A stretch of DNA of 64,000 nt from IMG/VR virus record IMGVR_UViG_3300025608_000015, positions 1 to 64,000 of that record. The stretch is one strand, 5' to 3'. The notes beneath the pieces are model-generated. The model worked only from the letters and a program-made list of their open reading frames with translations. It was not told the origin of the DNA and did not search any database. Shown in pieces: positions 1-9,407 of this stretch (position 1 is its first letter; every line of letters begins with the position of its first letter). The position numbers and the translations under genes were made by a program. The stretch comes from a virus. Lineage: Duplodnaviria; Caudoviricetes.

Positions 1-3000
1 GGCAACTGGACTAGCACAGGTGACTTAGATTTAACAGGAACGTTTTCTGCAAACAGTTTAGATGTAGAAGATATTCAGTTTGACAACATTCGCATTAGCG
101 GAAATTTAATACAAACTACCTTAAGTAATTCAGACTTAGACATTAGTGCAAATGCTGCAGGTATTATTAATCTACTTTCAGATACAAGAGTAGAAGGCAA
201 TATTCATGCAACTGGTAATATTTCAGCAGACGGTAATATTGTAATTGGTGACGACAGCACTGATGCTATTACTATCAATGCTGAAATAGCCAGTGATATT
301 GTACCCGACATTGATAACACATATCAATTAGGTAATGCAGATCAACGCTGGGCAAATATTTGGGTCAACGAATTTAACGCTACTAATATTAACACTGACA
401 ATTTAGACGTAGGCGGAATCGATCTTGCTTTACGTCAAGGAAATATTTTTTATGTAGCAGCTGAAGGCGACGATACACGTTCAGGTACACACCAAAATGA
501 TCCGTTTGCAAGTGTAAGCAAAGCACTAAGCGAAGCCACTGCAGGCGATACAGTATTCATTTATCCAGGTGTATACACAGAAACTTTCCCTTTAACAGTG
601 CCAGCAGGTGTTACAGTACACGGTAGCGGTGTTAGAAGTGTTTTAATTCAGCCAACAGTTGCAACACAAGATTTAGATGCGTTTTTACTACGGGGCGAAA
701 CAACAGTTGAAGATTTAACTGTAGGTAATTATTTTTATAACAGTAGTAATGACACAGGATACGCATTCCGTTTTGATACAGGAATGTATGTAACGTCTCG
801 TTCTCCATACATTAGGAATGTTTCAGTAATTACTCAAGGTTCAGTAACTAATGCAAGTGATCCTAGAGGATTTAATCAAGGTGACGCCGGTAAAGGTGCC
901 CTAGCAGATGGTGCAGTAGTAGGTAATGCAAGCAAAGAAGCAAGCATGTTGTTCCATTCTGTTACATTCATATGTCCAGGTGTTGATGGATTAACAGCAA
1001 CAAACGGAGCAAGAATTGAATGGTTAAATTCGTTTACATACTTTGCAGATAAAAGTATCCACGCATTAGACGGTACCGCAGGTAAGTACGGCGACGGTAA
1101 AACTAAAATTAAACTAGGCGGAATCACAGGAACATTTGCTCAAGGTAATACCATAGAATTTAAATCAACAGATGACTCAACAGTAGTATCTGCTACAATT
1201 GATAGTGTAGACGGTGATTATGTCCTTATTGACGGTAAGTGGGAAGATCTTATTGGATTTGACACAACTCCTTCTAGTATTACAGACGGAACAGCAACAG
1301 CAACAGAAATTTTACACTACGATTTAAAAGACTTTGGCGCAGAAATTAGACTAATTGGTTCGGCTAGTGTTTACGGTAATTACGGATTATACGGAAACGG
1401 TCCTGGCGTATTAATGTATGCTATCGGACATAACTTGGCATACGTAGGAAATGGCAAGGAAGTTACTAATGATCCAACTACTGTTAATCAAGCAAATGAA
1501 GTTGTAGAACTTGATAATGCTCAAATTAGATACAACTCAGTAGACCACAAAGGTGATTTTAGAGTAGGTGATCAATTTTATGTAAGCCAAGAAACTGGTA
1601 CAGTTAGTTTTACAAATGCTGATGTAAGTGTTGAAGCAATCAACGGTATTGTATTAACCGACGGTGTAAACACAACTACAATTTCTCCTACTCAGATTGA
1701 AACTGGCAATATTACCATCGGTGGAAACACTATTAGTACCAGCGGCGGCGATCTAAACTTAGATGCAAATACAGATGTTATCAATATTTTAGATAATCTA
1801 AACATCACAGGTAACTTAGACGTTGCAGGTAATATTAACCTAAATGGTAATATTGTAATAGGTGACGAAGCAACAGATGATTTGTTTATCAATGCAAGTA
1901 TCATTAGTAATCTAGTGCCAGCAGGAGAGCCAGACCTAGGTACTCCTACAGAACAATGGCTAAACTTATATGCAAACAACTTGCACATAGACGACATTGA
2001 TATTTTTACAAATGTAATTACAACAACTAGTTCTAGTTCAGATTTAGAATTACGTGCTAATAGTACAGGTAGAATTTACTTACCTGATAATAATCTACAA
2101 ATAGATAACAATTTAACAGTTAGTGGATCTACTACATTAAGCAACACAACTATCACTGGTACAGTTACTCACACTGGAGATTACAATCAAACAGGTGATA
2201 CAACAGTCACTGGTAATGTTACAGTAACACAAGATTTAGATGTAACTGGGTCTGCACAGTTTGAAGAAATATTAATCAACAACAATTTTATTACAACAAC
2301 TACATCAAACGCTGATTTAGAACTACGTGCTAGTGGTACTGGACAAATATTAATACCAAGCAATGACGTTACAATTACAAATAACTTAACTGTAAACGGC
2401 ACAACTAATACCAGCGATATTATAAGCACAGGAGACGTAACTGCTAATTCGTTTAGCACTAGTGACATATTAATAGATGATAACTTTATCACTACTACAC
2501 AAAGCAATTCCAATTTAGAACTTGTTGCTAATAATAATGGTGTTGTACTTGTTCCAAGTAACGATGTAACTATTAGTACTACATTAGATGTAAACGGATT
2601 AACAACACTAGCAAATACAGACGTTACAGGAACTATTACTCACGTTGGCGATGCTAATCAAACCGGTACCTTAACAGTAACAGGTAATACCACTGTAACT
2701 GGTATATTAACAGTTGATAGTAGTTTACAATTCGAAGAAATACTTGTAAATGATAACTTTATAACAACAACTTCTACTAATGCTGATTTAGAATTACGTG
2801 CGGCAGGTACAGGCAGAGTTGTTATTCCAGACAATGATCTTGTAATTAACGGTGATACTAATGTTGTAGGGACAGTAACAGCGTCGGCAATATCAGTAAC
2901 AGGAATTAGTGCAGATACATTTACCACTGGCGATATTTTAATTGATGATAACTTTATTACTACAACGCAGAGTAATTCCAACTTAGAACTACGTGCAAAT

Positions 3001-3786
3001 GGCGCTGGCGGAATAGTTGCAGAACAGTTTACCTTTAATGAAAATGAAATTACATCTGTAGGTGATTTTACAATTACACCCGGTAGTGGTGTAATAGATT
3101 TTAACAGCACGGATAGTATAATAATTCCAAGTGGAGGAACTTTAGATCGTCCAAGTCCTGTAGCAGGTATGTTACGTTATAACACAGACTTAGATAGATT
3201 CGAAGGCTATAATGGAACAGATTGGATCGACTTAGGTAAAGGTGTTATTGACCTAGACGGCGACACTAGAATTACAGCAGAATTAACCCCAGGTGCAAAC
3301 GATAATGTAATTAGAATGTATGCAAATGGTAATCTTGTTGCAGACATTGATGCAAATAGATTTAACACTAGTAGAGTAGAAATAGATGACATTAGTATAG
3401 ACACCAATGTTATTGAAACGATAACTACTAATAGTGATTTAGTTTTAAGTGCAAACGGCACGGGTGCAGTTCGCATCGGACATTTTGCTATCAAAGATAA
3501 TGTGATAAGTAATGTAGTAGCTGACAGTATTACTACATTTGATGCACCAAACGGCGGATATTATAAGATAACAGGAAGTAACGGATTTGTTATTCCTGTA
3601 GGAAGTAATTTAAATAAGCCACCTGCAAACGAAGCAGAACTTGGTATGATGCGTTATAATACAGACGATGAGCGTGTAGAAGTATTTGACGGTACATCGT
3701 TTGTAAGTGTTGCAGGAGCAAGTGCAGGTCTAGATGCAAATGATGCAGAAGAATTAGCAATAGGAATAGTGTTAGCATTAGGATAA
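1..3786 (+). CDS. Large virion fibre/baseplate-associated protein, 5'-truncated by the window
   Basis: Frame 1 is open from base 1 (GNWTSTGDLDL...); the GTG at 598 in the track is internal. It has a pectin-lyase/VrlC-like core (PFASVSKAL...PGVYTE.FPL.VP.GV.V.G; SPYIRNV), about 8 copies of DI.I.xN.ITTT.SNxDLEL.A..TG, and two GMxRYNT motifs near the C-terminus. Confidence 0.75.
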   Translation, partial: GNWTSTGDLDLTGTFSANSLDVEDIQFDNIRISGNLIQTTLSNSDLDISANAAGIINLLSDTRVEGNIHATGNISADGNIVIGDDSTDAITINAEIASDIVPDIDNTYQLGNADQRWANIWVNEFNATNINTDNLDVGGIDLALRQGNIFYVAAEGDDTRSGTHQNDPFASVSKALSEATAGDTVFIYPGVYTETFPLTVPAGVTVHGSGVRSVLIQPTVATQDLDAFLLRGETTVEDLTVGNYFYNSSNDTGYAFRFDTGMYVTSRSPYIRNVSVITQGSVTNASDPRGFNQGDAGKGALADGAVVGNASKEASMLFHSVTFICPGVDGLTATNGARIEWLNSFTYFADKSIHALDGTAGKYGDGKTKIKLGGITGTFAQGNTIEFKSTDDSTVVSATIDSVDGDYVLIDGKWEDLIGFDTTPSSITDGTATATEILHYDLKDFGAEIRLIGSASVYGNYGLYGNGPGVLMYAIGHNLAYVGNGKEVTNDPTTVNQANEVVELDNAQIRYNSVDHKGDFRVGDQFYVSQETGTVSFTNADVSVEAINGIVLTDGVNTTTISPTQIETGNITIGGNTISTSGGDLNLDANTDVINILDNLNITGNLDVAGNINLNGNIVIGDEATDDLFINASIISNLVPAGEPDLGTPTEQWLNLYANNLHIDDIDIFTNVITTTSSSSDLELRANSTGRIYLPDNNLQIDNNLTVSGSTTLSNTTITGTVTHTGDYNQTGDTTVTGNVTVTQDLDVTGSAQFEEILINNNFITTTTSNADLELRASGTGQILIPSNDVTITNNLTVNGTTNTSDIISTGDVTANSFSTSDILIDDNFITTTQSNSNLELVANNNGVVLVPSNDVTISTTLDVNGLTTLANTDVTGTITHVGDANQTGTLTVTGNTTVTGILTVDSSLQFEEILVNDNFITTTSTNADLELRAAGTGRVVIPDNDLVINGDTNVVGTVTASAISVTGISADTFTTGDILIDDNFITTTQSNSNLELRANGAGGIVAEQFTFNENEITSVGDFTITPGSGVIDFNSTDSIIIPSGGTLDRPSPVAGMLRYNTDLDRFEGYNGTDWIDLGKGVIDLDGDTRITAELTPGANDNVIRMYANGNLVADIDANRFNTSRVEIDDISIDTNVIETITTNSDLVLSANGTGAVRIGHFAIKDNVISNVVADSITTFDAPNGGYYKITGSNGFVIPVGSNLNKPPANEAELGMMRYNTDDERVEVFDGTSFVSVAGASAGLDANDAEELAIGIVLALG

Positions 3787-3789
3787 AAT

Positions 3790-4119
3790 ATGGCAACCTT
3801 TTTTAGAAATAAAATTATTAAAAATGTAGGAACACAACCAATAGAAGTGTTCTCTGTTACTCCAGGTAGCAGTGTTACTATTGTAGGTATTGCACTTACT
3901 AATTTAACACCATATCCTGTTAGAGCAAGCGTACTATTAAAAGATGACACTAGTATTGAAGGTTATTTTATTAAAGACACTGAAATAACTCCTAATTCTA
4001 GTTTGCGAGCGTTAATGCCTGGGGAGAAATTAATTTTACCTGCAGACAATGCTTTAAAAGTAGTTACAGATTTAGATGATAGTGTTGATTGCACTGTAAG
4101 TTTTGTAGAGATTGTATAA
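3790..4119 (+). CDS. Small virion structural protein (paralog of 15353..15673)
   Basis: 109-aa beta-rich ORF directly after a fibre gene; shares the pattern (V/Y)xV..N/S...I...N......V.(A/I) and G..LVLxA with 15353..15673. Confidence 0.6.
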   Translation: MATFFRNKIIKNVGTQPIEVFSVTPGSSVTIVGIALTNLTPYPVRASVLLKDDTSIEGYFIKDTEITPNSSLRALMPGEKLILPADNALKVVTDLDDSVDCTVSFVEIV

Positions 4120-4129
4120 GGAATAGACA

Positions 4130-4540
4130 ATGGCTAATATTATTGGAAACGAACACACGTTATATGACGGATTAGATAATCGTTATTTCTATGGTATTTT
4201 TAGAAATGATGACGGAGAGCTGTTCCTTACAGTTGTAGATCAAACAGATCCAAATGAAGAATTAACTATTAATGCTCCAGGAGATCCTGTAAATAATTAT
4301 CCAGGATTTGAAGAAGGTATTGATTTCTTCGAAGGTAGGAATAAAAATCACGATTTAAGTTATAAAAATTTAGAACACGAACAATATCGTTGGGACAATG
4401 TTCGCGCAATTTATTACATCAATGACGAAGGTGAACTTGTATTACGTAGACATCGTCCGTACACTCATGAAGAATTAACTAGTACAGACGAAAGAAGAAA
4501 ACAAGCAACTGCTAGTCTTACTGACAACAGATTATATTAA
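4130..4540 (+). CDS. Hypothetical protein (structural module)
   Basis: 136-aa ORF with AGGA RBS, co-oriented and tightly packed between structural genes. Confidence 0.7.
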   Translation: MANIIGNEHTLYDGLDNRYFYGIFRNDDGELFLTVVDQTDPNEELTINAPGDPVNNYPGFEEGIDFFEGRNKNHDLSYKNLEHEQYRWDNVRAIYYINDEGELVLRRHRPYTHEELTSTDERRKQATASLTDNRLY

Positions 4541-4551
4541 TAGGAAGCACA

Positions 4552-7500
4552 ATGGCACAGTTTAGAATTGACAGAATTAGATATAACTGGAAAGGTATTT
4601 GGAGTGTTGCAACTCCATACGTAAAAGATGATATTGTAAAGTTCGGTGGTAATACTTATGTTGCCATGGAAACTCACGTATCTAGTGCTGTTAGTTTTTA
4701 TCAAGATATTGGATACGTAAATGAATTTGGTGATGTAGATCCTCGCTGGGTGTTAATGACAGATGGTGTAAGCTGGGCCGGAGAATGGCGAACTGAATTA
4801 GAATATAGAGCGAACGATATTGTCAAATATCGTGGAATACTTTATCAATGCACCGAACCTCATATATCTGCAGAAACCATAGAAGAAGGATTAGAAGCAG
4901 ACATTGGAAAATGGAAAATTGTTGCAAGAGGATCGAATTGGTTAAGCAACTGGAGTCCGGATACTGCTTATAAAATAAACGATATTATAAAATACAATGG
5001 TATCTTATACACTTGTATCGAAGCTCATGTAAGTAGTACACTTGTATTAGGTTTAGAAAACGATCAAAGCAAATGGACAGTGTTGTTTGATACAGATGCT
5101 TGGACAGGAGACTGGGCTCCTGATACTAGATACAGAGTTAATGACATTATTAAATACGGCGGTAATGTGTATCGCTGTATCGAAGGACATACATCATTAG
5201 ACAATGACGACGAAGGATTAGAAGATGATCTCGGTGGCGGACAAGTAACACAAAAATGGGAATTAGTTGTAGAAGGTATTCGTTACCGACAAACTTGGAC
5301 TCCAAGTACTAAGTATAGAGCAAACGATATTGTACAAGTAGGTCCGTCATTATATCGTGCAACAGTTGGTCATGTAAGTGATCTTATATTTGATGCGTCA
5401 CCGTGGGAATTATATCTTCCAGGTCTTGATTTTGAAGATGCATGGAGTGAATTTAATTCATACCAGCCTGGAGATATTGTAAAATTTGGCGGATACTCTT
5501 ATGTTTGTATAGAATTTAATCAAAGTGCGCAACCTAATTCAAATCCAAATAGTTGGTCATTATTAACTACTGGGTATAGTTTAAAAGGCGATTATGATTC
5601 ATTATTAGTTTATCGTCCAGGTGACGTGGTAAGATCAAACGGATATCTTTATCTAGCAACAGATTTTGTTGATCCAGTATTAGATAGACAACCTGGTACT
5701 TTAGCTGGACAACCTTATTGGGAGTTACTAGTAACAGGAATATTCTTTAGAGCTGAATGGAAAGAAATGATCGATGATTCCACTCCATACGAATATTTCC
5801 CCGGTGACGTTGTTACAGACGAAAGCACATCATTTATTTGTACAGCTCGTCATTTTGGTAACGAATTTGAAGCTCGTCCTAAATTAGATACAAGAGAAAC
5901 AACAGGCGCAAACGCATACTGGAAAATTTATATCGGTGGCGAAGAAGAAAATGTTTTAAGATATAAGGGCGATTTAAAAGTCTATAACGTTACTGACGAT
6001 GGAAGTACAGTTGGCGAAACTAGACTTCCTATAGGAAATCCTGGAGAAGTATTAAAAGTACAAGACGATTATTCTTTAGCATGGGAAGCTCTTGACCAAA
6101 CTGAAAAAGTATATTGGGTAAGTTTAGACGGAGTTGACGAAGAAGGTAAAGGAACATCTCCTGCATCGCCGTTTAGAACTATCAAATATACAAGCGAATA
6201 TATTCTAGCAGATGAATTAAATAGAGCTCCTGCAACTATTATTGTTAGAACTGGAGTATATGAAGAAATATTGCCAATTATTGTTCCTGCAGGAGTAGCT
6301 ATCACAGGCGACGAATTAAGAAGTACAGTAATTACTCCTGCTCCTGGCTACGAAACTGAAAATATGTTTCTTGTAAGAAACGGTACAGGGATAAGAAACT
6401 GCACACTACAAGGATTATCAGGAACACTCGATGCTCCTAACGAAAATAATACACAGCGACCTACTGCTGGTGCTTATGTATCACTTGATCCTGGCGAAGA
6501 TACAGAAGATCAATCAGTGTGGATTACATCTAAATCGCCATATATTCAAAATGTTACTACGTTCGGAACTGGTTGTATCGGTATGAAAGTTGACGGCGAC
6601 CTACATGATGGCGGCAATAAATCAATTGTTGCTAACGACTTTACACAAATATTGTCAGACGGAATAGGATATTGGGTAAACGGTGAAGGTAAATCAGAAT
6701 TAGTTTCTGTGTTTACGTATTACTGTCATATCGGCTATCTTGCAACTAACGGCGGTAAGGTTCGTGCAACTAACGGTAACAATTCTTATGGTAAGTATGG
6801 TTGTGTTGCAGAAGGGTTTGACTTGAACGAACAACCAAAAACAGCACTAGTAGATAATAGAACAGATCAAGCAACAATATCCTCTTTATACTCAAACGGA
6901 AGTAGTATTTTTGGTATTTCATATGAACATTGCGGCCAAGACTATAGTACTGCAACATTAACAGTGACTGGAACAAGTGCTGATTTTGAAGCAGAGTACA
7001 CTGAGTTTAGAAACTCGGCAATTAGTCAAATTTGGATCACAGAAGAAGATAGTTTTCAAATTGGCGGCAATAACTATACTACTATTAATGGTACTGCACA
7101 AGCAGGAAATGAAACACAAATTACTTTATCTGGAGCAGATGAAGGAACAAATGAATTATATGCTGGTCAACGTATTTTTATCAGAGAAGGAAAAGGATTT
7201 GGACAATATGCTAAAATTGCAAGTTACAATCCTTTGAATAGAATATTACAAGTAGAAAAAGAATCTAACGGTGAACCAGGCTGGGAACATGTATCAGGCA
7301 GACCGATTGCTACATTACTCGACGATACAACAAAATATTTAATCGAACCTAGAGTAGATATAGAACCGCCTCCGTTTAGCATGAACGAAACTACTTTAAA
7401 TGCTTCAATAGATATAGCTGCCGGTCCGAACGACGTAGTTGCTATACCAGCAGTAGGAAGTGAAGTGTATACTTCAGAAGACGGAGGCACTTGGACTAAC

Positions 7501-9378
7501 AATAATGTAGGTATAACAACAGATTGGGGAGCTATTGTATATGGCAACGGTGAATATGTAATTTTGCCTAATGGCGGCACACAAATGGTTCACGGAAATA
7601 TTAATAGTTGGACAGTTGCAACTATTGAATCATATAATTATAAATCTGCAGCATATGGCAATGGTAACTGGTTTGCTGTTGGAGAAAAAATTAACGGCGA
7701 CTCTACTGATATTGTACAAAAAAGTTCAGGAAACGCCGAAAGCTGGGTAGACTTTACTATGCCTTTTGTTGCTAACTGGTCAAGCATTGCCTACGGAAAT
7801 GATACTTGGGTGGCAATTGCTGAATTTGCCGACGATAGCACAGCTGCAGGAATATCTACTTTTGCAGTTAGTACAGATAACGGCGTAACATTCCAAAGTG
7901 TTGATACAGGTGTCACTGCAAGATGGAAACATATTATTTTTGCATACGATAAATTTATTGCTGTAGAAAGTAGTACAGATAGTACTCCATGTGCAGTTGC
8001 TATATCGTACGACGGTTTAAATTGGACTACAATTGAAATAGCAGTTGGGCGTTATACAAAGATAGCGTATCAACAAGGTTTATATGTAATGGCCGACACA
8101 GGAAGTGACAGAATATTACTTTCAGAGGACGGATTTACTTGGAGAGAAAAACTTCATACAACTACAGCTAATTGGTCAGGCGTAGCAGCATTCCGTAACT
8201 CAACTTGGGTAGTTTCTGGCGATACTGCTAGTTTAGTTATTGAAACTGGCGCAACAGCTAAAGCACGAGCAGAAGTTGGTGGAGGAAGGATTGGAAAAAT
8301 TCTCATGCACAATCCAGGAAGCGGTTATCAATTAGAGCCTACTGTAACTGTTTACGATAATCAAAACACATCAGATATTACTTATAAGGTCTATATAAAC
8401 AGCGGAGTTTTACCTCAGCCTAAAATAATAAATGCAGGTACAGGATATCTTCGCGCTACAGGTGCAATAAACGGAGACGGGTTTGCAGAAAAATTCCAAA
8501 TCGGATCTACCTTAAAAATAAAAAGTTCTACAGCAGTCCCAGGCCCTGGCGCAAACATTAGGATAGAAGGTATAGACGATGTAATTTACTTTGTAACAAA
8601 AGTTGACTCTGTTACAGGTAGTGAAGGAGATTATAATTTAACACTACAAATAAATCCTGGTTTAGGAAGAAACGAAGCTCCAGTTCATGAAACAGCTTTA
8701 ACTATAAGAGAACTGTACAGTCAAGTACGATTAACTGGACACGACTTCCTAGATATTGGTACTGGTAATTTTGAAGATACAAACTATCCTGGACTTTATA
8801 CATTTGGTTATGAAGCTATAAATGAACCACAACCGTTTAACGAAACAGTTCTCTATAACGGTGGTAGAGTATTCTATACATCAACCGACCAAGATGGTAA
8901 CTTCCGAGTTGGTGAATTGTTCGAAGTAGAACAGGCAACTGGTACAATTAGTATTAATGCAGCGTTCTTTGATTTAGGCGGACTTGATGAATTACGATTA
9001 GGAGGAGTTGTACTTGGAGGCACAGGTGCTGTTGTTAGAGAATTTTCAACAGATCCTACATTTGCTGCAAACTCTAATAATATTGTACCAACTCAGAAAG
9101 CAATTGCTTCTTATATTGATAGCAGACTTGCTAGCGGTGGTTCAGATCCAAGGGTGAATAGATTAAACGCTGGTGAAATATCAATTACAGGTAATACAAT
9201 ATTTTCACCTACTAATATAACAATTAAAATGCAAAGTCCTACAAAAATCAACGGAGCTGTAGGCGGAGATTTAGCGTTTAAATCTTATTTTAGTAGTAGT
9301 GGTAACACAATTAATCCGTTTGACGAGGCATTGAATGTAGACCCAACATTCAATGGAAATAGCAAATATCTTGATTAG
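4552..9378 (+). CDS. Large virion fibre protein: 8 CBM5/12-like repeats, beta-helix core, BNR/Asp-box propeller
   Basis: Eight W.G.W...T.Y...D.V.YGG..Y.C...H repeats; GDELRS/NGTGIRNCTL/SPYIQNVTTFG core; S.D.G.TW (SEDGGTW, STDNGVTF, SYDGLNW, SEDGFTW) repeats; C-terminal SQVRLTGHDFLDIGTG...TSTDQDGNFRVG. Confidence 0.75.
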   Translation: MAQFRIDRIRYNWKGIWSVATPYVKDDIVKFGGNTYVAMETHVSSAVSFYQDIGYVNEFGDVDPRWVLMTDGVSWAGEWRTELEYRANDIVKYRGILYQCTEPHISAETIEEGLEADIGKWKIVARGSNWLSNWSPDTAYKINDIIKYNGILYTCIEAHVSSTLVLGLENDQSKWTVLFDTDAWTGDWAPDTRYRVNDIIKYGGNVYRCIEGHTSLDNDDEGLEDDLGGGQVTQKWELVVEGIRYRQTWTPSTKYRANDIVQVGPSLYRATVGHVSDLIFDASPWELYLPGLDFEDAWSEFNSYQPGDIVKFGGYSYVCIEFNQSAQPNSNPNSWSLLTTGYSLKGDYDSLLVYRPGDVVRSNGYLYLATDFVDPVLDRQPGTLAGQPYWELLVTGIFFRAEWKEMIDDSTPYEYFPGDVVTDESTSFICTARHFGNEFEARPKLDTRETTGANAYWKIYIGGEEENVLRYKGDLKVYNVTDDGSTVGETRLPIGNPGEVLKVQDDYSLAWEALDQTEKVYWVSLDGVDEEGKGTSPASPFRTIKYTSEYILADELNRAPATIIVRTGVYEEILPIIVPAGVAITGDELRSTVITPAPGYETENMFLVRNGTGIRNCTLQGLSGTLDAPNENNTQRPTAGAYVSLDPGEDTEDQSVWITSKSPYIQNVTTFGTGCIGMKVDGDLHDGGNKSIVANDFTQILSDGIGYWVNGEGKSELVSVFTYYCHIGYLATNGGKVRATNGNNSYGKYGCVAEGFDLNEQPKTALVDNRTDQATISSLYSNGSSIFGISYEHCGQDYSTATLTVTGTSADFEAEYTEFRNSAISQIWITEEDSFQIGGNNYTTINGTAQAGNETQITLSGADEGTNELYAGQRIFIREGKGFGQYAKIASYNPLNRILQVEKESNGEPGWEHVSGRPIATLLDDTTKYLIEPRVDIEPPPFSMNETTLNASIDIAAGPNDVVAIPAVGSEVYTSEDGGTWTNNNVGITTDWGAIVYGNGEYVILPNGGTQMVHGNINSWTVATIESYNYKSAAYGNGNWFAVGEKINGDSTDIVQKSSGNAESWVDFTMPFVANWSSIAYGNDTWVAIAEFADDSTAAGISTFAVSTDNGVTFQSVDTGVTARWKHIIFAYDKFIAVESSTDSTPCAVAISYDGLNWTTIEIAVGRYTKIAYQQGLYVMADTGSDRILLSEDGFTWREKLHTTTANWSGVAAFRNSTWVVSGDTASLVIETGATAKARAEVGGGRIGKILMHNPGSGYQLEPTVTVYDNQNTSDITYKVYINSGVLPQPKIINAGTGYLRATGAINGDGFAEKFQIGSTLKIKSSTAVPGPGANIRIEGIDDVIYFVTKVDSVTGSEGDYNLTLQINPGLGRNEAPVHETALTIRELYSQVRLTGHDFLDIGTGNFEDTNYPGLYTFGYEAINEPQPFNETVLYNGGRVFYTSTDQDGNFRVGELFEVEQATGTISINAAFFDLGGLDELRLGGVVLGGTGAVVREFSTDPTFAANSNNIVPTQKAIASYIDSRLASGGSDPRVNRLNAGEISITGNTIFSPTNITIKMQSPTKINGAVGGDLAFKSYFSSSGNTINPFDEALNVDPTFNGNSKYLD
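8722..8772 (+). repeat. Near-identical DNA block A, copy 1 (copy 2 at 14778..14828)
   Basis: 49/51 nt identical to 14778..14828, including a 37-nt perfect core; both mismatches are synonymous. Confidence 0.9.
8881..8944 (+). repeat. Near-identical DNA block B, copy 1 (copy 2 at 14919..14982)
   Basis: 58/64 nt identical to 14919..14982, including a 28-nt perfect run gaccaagatggtaacttccgagttggtg. Confidence 0.9.
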
Positions 9379-9380
9379 AA

Positions 9381-9386
9381 TAAATA
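9381..9386 (+). promoter_or_regulatory. Late-promoter-like TAAATA
   Basis: TAAATA 22 nt upstream of the 9408 start; resembles the T4 late promoter TATAAATA and recurs before many genes. Confidence 0.6.
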
Positions 9387-9407
9387 GTATATAATGGAGT
9401 TTTTTAA

